A stretch of 64,000 bases of DNA from Syntrophorhabdaceae bacterium (GTDB taxonomy: Bacteria > Desulfobacterota > Syntrophorhabdia > Syntrophorhabdales > Syntrophorhabdaceae), in contig CAXXUO010000002.1 in NCBI GenBank assembly GCA_963666485.2, positions 352,001-416,000 on the forward strand, given 5' to 3'. This document shows positions 28,593-37,835 of the stretch, piece after piece. The translations under genes and the position numbers were made by a program. Below the pieces are notes generated by a model that had not been told where the DNA came from, made no database searches, and saw only the letters and a program-made list of their open reading frames with translations. Every line of letters starts with the position of its first letter. The stretch's first letter is position 1.

Positions 28593-29511
28593 GAGGAACA
28601 CGGACATAATCCGGCAATGTCCCGGGACCAAACATCACATCTGCTGCGGGTACCAGACAATAGACATCATCGAAGGCTGCGTTCTCAACTGTTCATATTG
28701 CATACTCAAGGCATATCTCAAGAACGACGCGATAAAGGTCTCCTGTGACCCGGATGCGATAACCCGTGAACTCGACAGCCGCATCGACAGCGCCCCAGGG
28801 CACGTATTGAGGTTCGGGACGGGGGAGCTATCCGACAGTCTCGCCCTCGACAGGCAGCTCAAGCTCAATCAATTTCTCATCGACTATTTCGGCAAAAAGA
28901 AAAAAGCCCTTCTCGAGCTGAAATCGAAGTGGGCGGATTTCCGCCATCTCATCGGGCAGCTCAACCCGTACACGGTGATATCGTTCTCCGTGTCTCCGCA
29001 AAGGTTCATCGATTCCGAGGAAAAGCGCACAAGCCCGATACATAAACGCCTGAAAGCGGCGCGCCTGGCCCAGGACAACGGCTGTTTCGTCGGGCTTCAC
29101 TTCGATCCCGTCGTGATCTACGACGGGTTCGAGAGGGATTACCGTTATCTCATCGAAGACATCGGGAGAATCCTTGACCCTGAAAAGATCATCTGGATAA
29201 GCCTCGGCCTTTTGAGGTTCCCCGCAGCGCTCTACGGGCAGCTCATCGAAAAAAAGAGCAAATACCTTCTGGCCGGCGAGTTCATCCGGGGGGAAGACGG
29301 TAAATACCGTTACATAAAACCCGAGCGGATAAGGATATACAAATACCTTTATAAATTGCTGAAGAAGATCGATCGTGACCTTTTCATATACCTGTGCATG
29401 GAAAGGGCCGATATATGGAAAGAGGTTTTCGGCATGACGCTCAAGGACAACGAGGGCCTGATACAGCTTTTTGATACACGAATAAAGAACCTGTACGGAG
29501 GGACGTTATGA
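28564..29511 (+). CDS. Spore photoproduct lyase-like radical SAM protein
   Basis: CPGT..ICCGY, GCVLNCSYC, RFGTGELSDSL, ELKSK, HFDP, YLCME; GAGGAG RBS before TTG. Confidence 0.85.
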   Translation: MTLQKVQFVERNTDIIRQCPGTKHHICCGYQTIDIIEGCVLNCSYCILKAYLKNDAIKVSCDPDAITRELDSRIDSAPGHVLRFGTGELSDSLALDRQLKLNQFLIDYFGKKKKALLELKSKWADFRHLIGQLNPYTVISFSVSPQRFIDSEEKRTSPIHKRLKAARLAQDNGCFVGLHFDPVVIYDGFERDYRYLIEDIGRILDPEKIIWISLGLLRFPAALYGQLIEKKSKYLLAGEFIRGEDGKYRYIKPERIRIYKYLYKLLKKIDRDLFIYLCMERADIWKEVFGMTLKDNEGLIQLFDTRIKNLYGGTL

Positions 29512-30293
29512 GATTTCAGAACAAGGTTGTTTTTATTACCGGCGGCACAAAGGGACTCGGAAAAGCCATGGCGCAGGCCTACCTCGCGGAAGGCGCCTCG
29601 GTCGCCGTCAACGGCCGGAATAAAGATGCCGTGGAAAACTTCACGGAAGAGTTCAAGGGACAGCAGGTCCTCGCATTCGAGGGCGATATCTCCGATTACG
29701 ACGCGATGGACGCGACGGCATCGAAGGTCTATGAAACGCTGGGCAGGGTCGATATCCTCATCAACAATGCCGGTGTCGTCAATCCTCTCGTACCGTCCGT
29801 GAAAATGAAGAAGGAAGACTTCAGCAGCGTGATCGACATAAATTTGAAAGGGACGTTCTACACGACCCAGGTGTTCGGCAAGAGAATGGTGGCGCAGGGT
29901 TCCGGCCGGATCGTCAGCATAGCGTCGCAGGTGGCGCTTTTCGGTGAAAAAGGTTTTCTCCCTTACGCCATCAGCAAATCGGGGCTCATGACAATGACCC
30001 GCCAGCTCGCGTACGAGTGGTCAAAGTCCGGCGTGACGCTCTGCGCCGTGGCCCCCGGTTTTATAAAAGGCGGCATGAACGAAGGGCTTATCAGAAAAGA
30101 AGTGTTCGTCAACTACCTGTCCGGCAGGACGCCGATCGGCAGGATGGGAACGGTCGGCGAACTGGTCGCGACCATACTGTTCCTCTCTTCCGACGATGCG
30201 GCCTACATCAATGGCGAGACCATTGTCATGGACGGGGGGATGACGGGATATACCCCGGAGGGCCTTCTTGACTTCATGTCCAAAGGAAAATAA
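29508..30293 (+). CDS. Short-chain dehydrogenase/reductase
   Basis: TGGTKGLG, NNAG, YAISK, PG, DGG. Confidence 0.9.
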   Translation: MRFQNKVVFITGGTKGLGKAMAQAYLAEGASVAVNGRNKDAVENFTEEFKGQQVLAFEGDISDYDAMDATASKVYETLGRVDILINNAGVVNPLVPSVKMKKEDFSSVIDINLKGTFYTTQVFGKRMVAQGSGRIVSIASQVALFGEKGFLPYAISKSGLMTMTRQLAYEWSKSGVTLCAVAPGFIKGGMNEGLIRKEVFVNYLSGRTPIGRMGTVGELVATILFLSSDDAAYINGETIVMDGGMTGYTPEGLLDFMSKGK

Positions 30294-30296
30294 TTA

Positions 30297-30956
30297 ATGG
30301 ACATTATCCCGTTTATACGCTTCACCATGAATTCGCGGTATATCGGCCGCTGGATCTACGGGGGCCTCGTCCTTTTTATCCCGGTCCTCAATTTCTTTTC
30401 AATAGGGTTTCTCTCCCGTACCTCCCGTCTCGTCATGGTGGGAGGTATGGGCCTTGCCACGTGGCAGGAGAAATACGAGGCATGGATAGAGGGGATCAAG
30501 CTGCTTTTTGTCTTTATTCTCTACAACGCCATCCCTTTCTTCATGTTCTCGAGCGGCTTCTTTCTCACGACACTCAACAGTTTCACCGCTTTCTTCGGCC
30601 ATCTCATGATCAAGGCGGCCACATTTATCGTTCTGCCGATCTGCTGCTTCTTCCTTCCTTTTGCGTTCGCGATCTTCGCAGAGCGCCTCGATTTCAGGGA
30701 AGCCCTGGAATTCGAGTTGATACTGCACGGGATCAAGGAGGTCCTCGTCGAATACATCATCGGGTACGTCGCGACACTGGCAGCCATTTACGTATCGCTC
30801 CTTTTTATGCGCATCCCGTACCTGGTCGGCTTTCTCATCTCGTCTGTGTTCACGTATTACTCCCTCCTGCTCTCCACGTTTTACTTCACCGAGCTTTATC
30901 GCAGGACAAGCCTCTGCCTCGTTCAGATAACGCAGGATGAGCCGCCCCTCGGGTAG
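30297..30956 (+). CDS. DUF4013-like membrane protein
   Basis: Multi-TM; IPVLNF..GF, W...GIK, ALEF pattern. Confidence 0.65.
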   Translation: MDIIPFIRFTMNSRYIGRWIYGGLVLFIPVLNFFSIGFLSRTSRLVMVGGMGLATWQEKYEAWIEGIKLLFVFILYNAIPFFMFSSGFFLTTLNSFTAFFGHLMIKAATFIVLPICCFFLPFAFAIFAERLDFREALEFELILHGIKEVLVEYIIGYVATLAAIYVSLLFMRIPYLVGFLISSVFTYYSLLLSTFYFTELYRRTSLCLVQITQDEPPLG

Positions 30957-31021
30957 GGCTTCAAGGGCCCCCATTCATTGACTTGACCGCGGAATTATGC
31001 TAACTAATTATTCTTATAAAC

Positions 31022-31097
31022 GGCGGCAGTAGCTCAACGGCGGAGCATCGGATTGTGGTTCCGAGGGTTGCGGGTTCAAGTCCCGTCTGCCGCCCCA
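31022..31097 (+). tRNA. tRNA-His(GTG)
   Basis: G-1, GCGGCAG acceptor, TCGGA-TT-GTG-GT-TCCGA anticodon arm, TTCAAGT loop, C73 and encoded CCA. Confidence 0.95.
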
Positions 31098-31165
31098 ATC
31101 TCCCGTTTTTACCTTCCCGCATCAATTTCCCCATTCTTCGGAACAAGACACGAGCAGGGCCACCC

Positions 31166-32368
31166 TTATCGTGAGGTGCCGTCACAGGGATCCTCGCGCA
31201 ACAGGCCGAAGACGGCGAAGGCTATGAGCGACAGCGCGGCCCCGAAGAAAAAAGGCGCCCCGGGACCGGCATGTTTCCACAGGATACCTGCGACGAGAGA
31301 TGCCGGAAAGGCGGCAAGACCTGTCGCGGTCTGGTAGATGCCGTACGTTGTGCCGGCATGCTCGCCCTTCGCGTGCAGGGAAATGTAGGCCTTTCCGATG
31401 CCCTCCGTTAATGCCATGTAGATGCCGTACAGTGGAAAAAGGGCCCAGAGGAAGGCAGGCCTTTGGGTAATACCGAATAAAAAGTAGATAATGGCAAAAA
31501 GCGCAAAGCCCCCGAGAAGGACCTTTTTCTGCCCTATCCTGTCGGATACGACGCCGGCGGGAAGAGAAAAGACGGCATAGACGACGTTGAACAGGGCATA
31601 TGCCAGGATCGTGGTCCCGACCGTGAACCCGACGCTGTGTGCCTTCAATATGATGAACGCGTCCGAGCTGTTCCCCAGGGCAAAGATGGTGCTCGCCAGG
31701 AGAAATATTTTGAATTCCCGCGTCAGCTTTATGTTGCGCAGCCTGAAGGGGATCACCGATGCCGGACGGTCACCCCTTTGCATATCCCGTACAAAGAATC
31801 CGAGAAGGATCACGCCGGCCACGGCAGGCAGAAATGCGAGGTAGAAGATGATCCGGAGATCGTCTTCGAATAACCTGATAAGAACAAAGGCCGTAAGCGG
31901 CCCCACCATCGCGCCGAGCGTATCGAGGCCGCGGTGAAAACCAAAGACCCTTCCGCGGTAACGCTCCTCGGAAGCCCCGGCGAGAAGTGCGTCGCGCGCT
32001 GCGGTCCTCACACCTTTCCCGAAACGATCGAGAAACCTTCCCCCCATCACGAAACCCCAGCCGGATGCGGCGCCAATGAGAGGCTTCGACAAAGCGGAGA
32101 GCATGTATCCTGCCACCATAAAAGGCTTTCTTTTCTTGAACCTGTCTGAAAAATAGCCGGAAAAGACACGCAGCAGGTTGGCCGTGGACTCGGCAATGCC
32201 CTCGATCAACCCTACGATGGTGACGGGCGCATTGAGGACCGTGGTGAGGAAGATCGGTATCACCGGGTAGACCATCTCTGAAGAGATATCGTTGAGAAAG
32301 CTGACGAGGCTTATGGCAACGATATTCCTGTTTATCCCCCTGAGCGCATTCCTGAACATCTCCCGCAT
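31166..32368 (-). CDS. MFS transporter
   Basis: ~12 TM; DISSEM, GYFSDRF..RK, DRFGKGVR...RDA, GNSSDAF. Confidence 0.9.
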   Translation of the reverse strand: MREMFRNALRGINRNIVAISLVSFLNDISSEMVYPVIPIFLTTVLNAPVTIVGLIEGIAESTANLLRVFSGYFSDRFKKRKPFMVAGYMLSALSKPLIGAASGWGFVMGGRFLDRFGKGVRTAARDALLAGASEERYRGRVFGFHRGLDTLGAMVGPLTAFVLIRLFEDDLRIIFYLAFLPAVAGVILLGFFVRDMQRGDRPASVIPFRLRNIKLTREFKIFLLASTIFALGNSSDAFIILKAHSVGFTVGTTILAYALFNVVYAVFSLPAGVVSDRIGQKKVLLGGFALFAIIYFLFGITQRPAFLWALFPLYGIYMALTEGIGKAYISLHAKGEHAGTTYGIYQTATGLAAFPASLVAGILWKHAGPGAPFFFGAALSLIAFAVFGLLREDPCDGTSR

Positions 32369-32462
32369 AGAACTACTCTAAATTGCCATTGCCGATAAAT
32401 CAATGGTGCCCGCCCGCTTACCTGCCGTGACCTGTTAGAGTGTTCATATCTTAAAGAACCGT

Positions 32463-32501
32463 GTCCCATTTCCTGGGATTCCCCGTCCCGTTTTTTGGGA
32501 T
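32463..32501. promoter_or_regulatory. Tandem palindromic sites (TCCC-N7-GGGA x2), putative enhancer-binding-protein UAS
   Basis: GTCCCATTTCCTGGGAT and GTCCCGTTTTTTGGGAT at 22-bp periodicity, 130-170 bp upstream of the sigma54 site. Confidence 0.55.
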
Positions 32502-32632
32502 TTGAGGCATGGTCATCAGCCGGTATGTGATGGCAGCGCCCTGACAGCTTTTCTGCAAAACTATATGTAAAACCTTAATTTTCAAAAGTTTTACATAACC
32601 CGCGGTCTCCCCGACAGAATGTGCATAATTGT

Positions 32633-32649
32633 CTGGCATACATTCTGCA
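32633..32649 (+). promoter_or_regulatory. sigma54 (-24/-12) promoter of flp
   Basis: CTGGCATACATTCTGCA: GG-N10-GC, 50 nt before the flp ATG. Confidence 0.7.
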
Positions 32650-32699
32650 ATCTTACCCGCCGTCTCATATTCATCACATTTTGAGAGGAGGTTTTGGAA

Positions 32700-32864
32700 A
32701 TGGATAAGTTCAAAAGATTCATGAAGGACGAGAAGGGCGTTACCTCTCTGGAGTACGGCCTGATCGCAGCCGTGACATGCGTGGCAATCCTTGCGGGACT
32801 CGCAATCGTCAAACCCAATCTGCAGACCATCTGGACAACGATCGGGGGGGCGCTCACGCCGTAA
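32700..32864 (+). CDS. flp: Flp family type IVc pilin (54 aa, not in ORF track)
   Basis: MDKFKRFMKDEKG/VTSLEYGLIAAVTCVAILAGLAIVKPNLQTIWTTIGGALTP; G-x4-EY Flp motif; GAGGAGG RBS. Confidence 0.92.
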   Translation: MDKFKRFMKDEKGVTSLEYGLIAAVTCVAILAGLAIVKPNLQTIWTTIGGALTP

Positions 32865-32876
32865 CCACGTACGGCC

Positions 32877-32907
32877 GGACATGGCATGCCCTGCGCATGC
32901 CATGTCC
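32877..32907 (+). terminator. Perfect 13-bp stem-loop after flp (mRNA stabiliser or partial terminator)
   Basis: GGACATGGCATGC-CCTGC-GCATGCCATGTCC; no U-tract. Confidence 0.55.
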
Positions 32908-32948
32908 CTAATAAGCTGATCGGGGCAATCTACATGCAAGGATATCAC

Positions 32949-33461
32949 ATGACCATTATTCTGACTATTACACTGGCAACGGTAATTGCTGCATTGATAT
33001 ACGACCTGAAAGAGGGCAGGATCCCTAACTGGATAACGTTACCTGCCATGTCCGCCGGGATAACGTACCATTTCTGTTCGACCGGAATTCAAGGCCTTGG
33101 GTTCAGCGCCGCGGGGCTCATTGTTGGTTTCTCCCTGTTCCTTGTTTTTTACATCATGGGGGGGATGGGCGCAGGAGATATAAAGCTTATGGGGGCCCTC
33201 GGCGCCCTGCTCGGCCCGGGCGATATCCTTTTAGCCGCTTCTTTCACGGCCATCGCGGGCGGTATCTATGCGTCGGCCCTTCTTCTCCAGCGCGACAACC
33301 GGAAAACCCTGATAGTGTACAAGGCATGGATAAAGGGTATCGCTGTGACCAAGCATTTCACCCACATACAGGAGACCGCACAGACGATCCCGCTGCGCTA
33401 TGGTATCGCGATCGCTGCGGGCACTATGGCGTTCGTTATGCAAAAGATAGTGTTCAACTAG
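32949..33461 (+). CDS. cpaA: Prepilin peptidase, A24 family (TadV/CpaA)
   Basis: YDL...RIPNW, GGMGAGDIKL, PLRYG.AI. Confidence 0.9.
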   Translation: MTIILTITLATVIAALIYDLKEGRIPNWITLPAMSAGITYHFCSTGIQGLGFSAAGLIVGFSLFLVFYIMGGMGAGDIKLMGALGALLGPGDILLAASFTAIAGGIYASALLLQRDNRKTLIVYKAWIKGIAVTKHFTHIQETAQTIPLRYGIAIAAGTMAFVMQKIVFN

Positions 33462-33510
33462 GAGCAAAAATAGAGACCGTTACAAAAAAAAGGACTGTGA
33501 AGGTGACACC

Positions 33511-34356
33511 ATGACAAAAAAAATACCGGTACTGGTCCTCGGGGCCGGCGTAGTGATCGCACTCATCATAAGCCTGGCGAGTTATGCGTTCCTCAACAAG
33601 AAAGCGCAAAACCGTTTCAGGTCACAGGAGATAGTAGAAGTGGCCGTAGCCGGGGTCGACATGCCGTGGGGTACGGTGCTGACGAAGGTGGCTGTCAAGT
33701 CTGCACCGTATCTCAGAAAAAGCCTCCCCGACGGATACCACCTGAAACCGGCGGACCTTGAAGGCCGGGTGCTCATCCACCCGATAAAAGCAAACCAGCC
33801 GATCTTCGAATCCAGTCTCGCCCCATCATCCATCAAGAATGGCGGCATCTCTGCGGTCGTCACCCCCAACAAGCGTGCCATGGCCGTAAAGGTCGACAAC
33901 GTCGTCGGGGTGTCCGGCTTCATATACCCGGGCAACAGGGTCGATGTCCTCGTCACGCTGAAGGACCGGGCGGATTACAAGAACATTATCACCAAGATAG
34001 TCCTCGATAATGTCCTTGTCCTGGCAGCGGGGCCTGAGGTCGAGACCACGGGGAAACAGGAGAAACCGACAAAGGTTGATGTCATAACCCTCGAGGTCAC
34101 CCCGGAAGAGGGGGAGAAGCTGGCCCTCGCAGCGACAGAGGGCAAGTTGCAGCTTGCCCTGAGAAATAGCGGCGACACGGCAAAGGTTACCACCAAAGGA
34201 ACGACCATACCCGTTCTCCTGTCCGGTGACGCACCGGGAAACGTGAAACCGGCGCCAAAGGTCAAGTCATCCGGCACACAAAAACACGCATACACCGTAG
34301 AGGTCATTCACGGCAACAGGATCACAAATCTGATATTTGAGGGGGGTACCCGGTAA
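33511..34356 (+). CDS. cpaB: Flp pilus assembly protein CpaB/RcpC
   Basis: N-terminal TM, SAF domain, KRAMAV.V..V.GVSGFI.PG.RVDV, TLEVTP. Confidence 0.92.
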   Translation: MTKKIPVLVLGAGVVIALIISLASYAFLNKKAQNRFRSQEIVEVAVAGVDMPWGTVLTKVAVKSAPYLRKSLPDGYHLKPADLEGRVLIHPIKANQPIFESSLAPSSIKNGGISAVVTPNKRAMAVKVDNVVGVSGFIYPGNRVDVLVTLKDRADYKNIITKIVLDNVLVLAAGPEVETTGKQEKPTKVDVITLEVTPEEGEKLALAATEGKLQLALRNSGDTAKVTTKGTTIPVLLSGDAPGNVKPAPKVKSSGTQKHAYTVEVIHGNRITNLIFEGGTR

Positions 34357-35945
34357 TGTTCCGCCTGAGAGATACATTCCAACCATGCAACATATTCATT
34401 ATTTTCATGGCCGTTCTTTTGACAGGACCTTTTATTTCCTATGCGGCATCTCCCTCGCATATAAAGATGAAAGATATCGAGCCGGAGAGAATAACCGTCC
34501 CGGCAGGAAAATCGATCATTGTCGATACTGCGCAGGCCGTAAAGAGGGTCGCTGTAACGGAACCGCCTGTCGAGCGAACGGACAGGTCGGTCAGTGCTGA
34601 CCAGTTTACCGCTTCACAGGCGCCCGGGCAAACGGCAGCCGCAGCAAGGCCCGTCGCATTGCCATCGGCAGGTGGACGCGTCCCTGTCGTCACCGCAAGG
34701 GTTATAAGCCCTCGCCAGATCTACATAAACGGCAGGATACCGGGGTCTGCCAGCATCACTCTCTGGGGCCAGGGCGATGCCGTCATCGGTGTCCTTGACG
34801 TGGAGGTCGTACCCGACCTCAACAGGCTGAAGGAAGAGGTGCATACCCTGTTCCCCGGGGAAAAAGGCGTGCGCATCAGTTCATCGCTCGAGCATGTCAC
34901 GTTGTCGGGAACAGTATCCGGCCTCGCGGTCGCAAACCAGGTCCTCGAGCTTGCACGCGCATACGCCCCGGACAAGGACGGCAAATCGAGGATAATCAAT
35001 TTGCTTGAGGTCGGCGGTGTTCAGCAGGTCATGCTCGAGGTGAGAGTGTCCGAGATGTCGCGAAGCCTCGCACGGCGGCTGGGGTTCAATTTTTCGTTCA
35101 TAAGCCAGAGCGGCAAGCAGTTCGGACTGTCCCTTCTCAATAACCTGACATCTTTGCCGCGTGAAGGCTGGCCGGGCAACCCGCTCAACGTCACGAGCAA
35201 CGTTAACGGGATCCTCAATTTCCTCGGGGACGGGGCAACCTGGACGGTATTTATCGACGCTCTGAAAGAGAACGGCCTTCTCAAGGTCCTCGCGGAACCG
35301 ACGCTCATTACACTAAGCGGCAAGGAAGCACGGTTCCTTGCAGGCGGTGAATTTCCCATACCCGTCCCGCAGGGTGTCGGCGGCGGCACCACGATAACCA
35401 TTCAGTACAAGCCTTTCGGGGTTGGCCTCGCCTTCACGCCGGTGGTCCTGAGCAACGGGAAGATCAGCATGCAGGTTGCACCGGAAGTGTCCGACCTTGA
35501 TTTTACGACAGCCGTTGCCATCCAGGGGTTCATCGTGCCGAGCATAACCACGCGCCGCGTTTCAACCACGGTGGAGCTTGCTGACGGGCAGAGCTTCGCC
35601 ATAGCGGGACTCCTGAAAGAAGATACACGCGAAGTTATAAGCAAATTCCCGCTCCTGGGAGAGATTCCCGTGCTCGGCGCCCTGTTTCGAAGCAGTTCGT
35701 ACCAGAAACGAGACACCGAGTTGATCGTGATCGTGACTCCCCACCTGGTAAAACCTCTCGACACCACAAAACAGACGATACCCACGGACCAGTTCGTCGA
35801 TCCGAATGATTTTGAATTCTATCTGCTGGGAATATACGAGGGGATGGGTGAACCAAAACCGGCGGCATCACCGGCCGGACCGGCACCGCGGACCGGGAGC
35901 ACGCTCGATACGACCTTCGGGTACGTTATGCCTCAAGCGAAGTAA
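34356..35945 (+). CDS. cpaC: Tad secretin CpaC/RcpA
   Basis: QVMLEVRVSE, LAEPTL...SG.EA.FLAGGEFPIP, PEVS.LD, PLLGEIPVLGALFRS, TP.LV. Confidence 0.93.
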   Translation: MFRLRDTFQPCNIFIIFMAVLLTGPFISYAASPSHIKMKDIEPERITVPAGKSIIVDTAQAVKRVAVTEPPVERTDRSVSADQFTASQAPGQTAAAARPVALPSAGGRVPVVTARVISPRQIYINGRIPGSASITLWGQGDAVIGVLDVEVVPDLNRLKEEVHTLFPGEKGVRISSSLEHVTLSGTVSGLAVANQVLELARAYAPDKDGKSRIINLLEVGGVQQVMLEVRVSEMSRSLARRLGFNFSFISQSGKQFGLSLLNNLTSLPREGWPGNPLNVTSNVNGILNFLGDGATWTVFIDALKENGLLKVLAEPTLITLSGKEARFLAGGEFPIPVPQGVGGGTTITIQYKPFGVGLAFTPVVLSNGKISMQVAPEVSDLDFTTAVAIQGFIVPSITTRRVSTTVELADGQSFAIAGLLKEDTREVISKFPLLGEIPVLGALFRSSSYQKRDTELIVIVTPHLVKPLDTTKQTIPTDQFVDPNDFEFYLLGIYEGMGEPKPAASPAGPAPRTGSTLDTTFGYVMPQAK

Positions 35946-35951
35946 GAGGAG

Positions 35952-36236
35952 ATGAAAATGAGACTGAACGTTATTGCCCTGATCATCATAATAATCGCTG
36001 TCGCTCTTCTTGGCGGCTGTGCAACGAACAGGCTGGAAACTGATTTCGGAACGTCCTACAAACTTGCCGTGATGAACCAGACATTAAATCCTGATGCTGA
36101 GAAGAATCTAAAACCTGTTGAAGGCCTGGACGGGCAGGCAGCGCAAAAAATACTCGAAAAATATCATACAGGGTTTGAAAAACAAGTACAGACTATGCCT
36201 GTCTTCTCGTTCGGTGTAACCGGCGGTGCGAGATAG
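35952..36236 (+). CDS. Small Tad-associated lipoprotein
   Basis: Lipobox LLGG-C; FG.S, Q.LNP.A, GLDG. Confidence 0.7.
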   Translation: MKMRLNVIALIIIIIAVALLGGCATNRLETDFGTSYKLAVMNQTLNPDAEKNLKPVEGLDGQAAQKILEKYHTGFEKQVQTMPVFSFGVTGGAR

Positions 36237-36248
36237 GGAGGAGTAAAG

Positions 36249-36677
36249 ATGATCCGGCTATCATCCGATAAAGGAGCGGCTGCCCTCGAGGCAGCACTGA
36301 TCCTGCCGCTTCTTTTTGCTATTACCTTCGGTCTCGTCGAGTTCGGCCTCCTCATGTACAACAAACAGGTCATTACGAACGCGGCCAGGGAGGGGGCACG
36401 GCGCGGTATCGTCCAGGCCGTGCCGCGGATACCCTATTCGAACGGCACGGACGGGATCGCTGACGTGGTTCACAATTACGCCGACCGGCACCTTGTTACC
36501 TTTGCCTCTGCCAAACCCGTTCCGGACGTCACCGTCCCTGCGACCTGCAACACCTTCGGAGACAATCTCAATGTGACCGTATCCTATCCGTACAAGTTCC
36601 TCGTTGCGTCCAATTTCATCCCGGGCCTTTCCAATACAATGACGCTTACATCGGCTTCGGTGATGAAATGCGAATGA
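36249..36677 (+). CDS. tadE: TadE-like pseudopilin
   Basis: KG/AAALEAALILP, EFG, AAREGAR. Confidence 0.88.
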   Translation: MIRLSSDKGAAALEAALILPLLFAITFGLVEFGLLMYNKQVITNAAREGARRGIVQAVPRIPYSNGTDGIADVVHNYADRHLVTFASAKPVPDVTVPATCNTFGDNLNVTVSYPYKFLVASNFIPGLSNTMTLTSASVMKCE

Positions 36678-36694
36678 CCGGCAGGAGACCTACA

Positions 36695-37810
36695 ATGACA
36701 TGTTCGCGACTTATGGGAAATGAGAGAGGCGTGGTAGCGGTCTACGTTACCCTGACGCTGGCCGTTTTTCTCGGCATTGCCGCTCTCGCCGTGGATATCG
36801 GCTACATGCTTGCCGGGAAGAGCGAATTGCAGAGGACCGCGGACGCGGCCGCCCTCGCGGCGGCCCGCCAGCTCGGACACATATATGAGCCGATGCCCTA
36901 CCAGCAGCAGCTGGTCTACGATGCGACCGCCGATGCGGCGACGATCCAGGGCGCCGCCATCGACGTCGCGGCACAGAACCGCGCGGCCGGCTCGTACATT
37001 GTCATAAACAATGCAGACATTCAGATAGGCACCTGGGAGCAGGACCGGGACCCGAAATTTGTTGCCACGATGGCAAAGCCCGACGCAGTCAATGTCCGGG
37101 CCCGCCGGGACGGCACGACGAACGGTCCGATAACAACGTTTTTCGCCAAAATTTTCGGCATACGCAACCTCGGCGTATCCGCTGTCGCTACCGCCGCTCT
37201 TACGTCCGAGAGCACATCCGGGCCCGGAGGACTTCCCATTCCGATCGGGATACCGACCCGCTGGTTCGACAACCCGAGCTTCTGCGAAAGCCCCATAAAT
37301 TTTTACCCCCCGTGTAACAAGGAGCCGTGCACCAGCTCAGAAGGTTGCGCAGGGTACCACACGTACACGGATTCCCCCGCAAGTGCGGCTTTCTTGAAGA
37401 ACGTCGTTATGCCCGGCCTGGAATCGGGGGCCTATGAAGCACCGGCCACAACGGCAGGGGTCACTGACTTCAATTTCACCGGCGGGACGCTGGCCGCCCT
37501 TATGAACCCCCCGAATTACCCATTCATCTCACTTTTCAACAGCATGAAAGTGCGCAACGACGGCATCTCGGATTTCGACAATGACCCGGCAACATGGACG
37601 GCGAAGGTGATCGTCTACGAATCAGACACATGCGCGAACCCGAACCAGTCATTGAAAATTGCCGGATACGTCACGATCGTTATCACGAACGTGGTCGGCG
37701 CGCCAAACCCGACGATCCAGGGAAAGGTCCTGTGCGACAGCGTACAGGCCGGACGGGGCGGCGGAAGCTCGTACGGGACAAAGGGTTCCATACCCGGTCT
37801 CGTCCAATAG
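36695..37810 (+). CDS. tadG: TadG-like pseudopilin
   Basis: NERG, LAVDIG, ELQRTADAAALAAA, TFFAKIFG. Confidence 0.82.
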   Translation: MTCSRLMGNERGVVAVYVTLTLAVFLGIAALAVDIGYMLAGKSELQRTADAAALAAARQLGHIYEPMPYQQQLVYDATADAATIQGAAIDVAAQNRAAGSYIVINNADIQIGTWEQDRDPKFVATMAKPDAVNVRARRDGTTNGPITTFFAKIFGIRNLGVSAVATAALTSESTSGPGGLPIPIGIPTRWFDNPSFCESPINFYPPCNKEPCTSSEGCAGYHTYTDSPASAAFLKNVVMPGLESGAYEAPATTAGVTDFNFTGGTLAALMNPPNYPFISLFNSMKVRNDGISDFDNDPATWTAKVIVYESDTCANPNQSLKIAGYVTIVITNVVGAPNPTIQGKVLCDSVQAGRGGGSSYGTKGSIPGLVQ

Positions 37811-37835
37811 GATAGAGAGAAAAAAGGAACGCACA

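Noticed and set aside
32451..32948. Minus-strand ORFs of 165 and 98 aa
   Set aside because: Antisense to flp and its promoter
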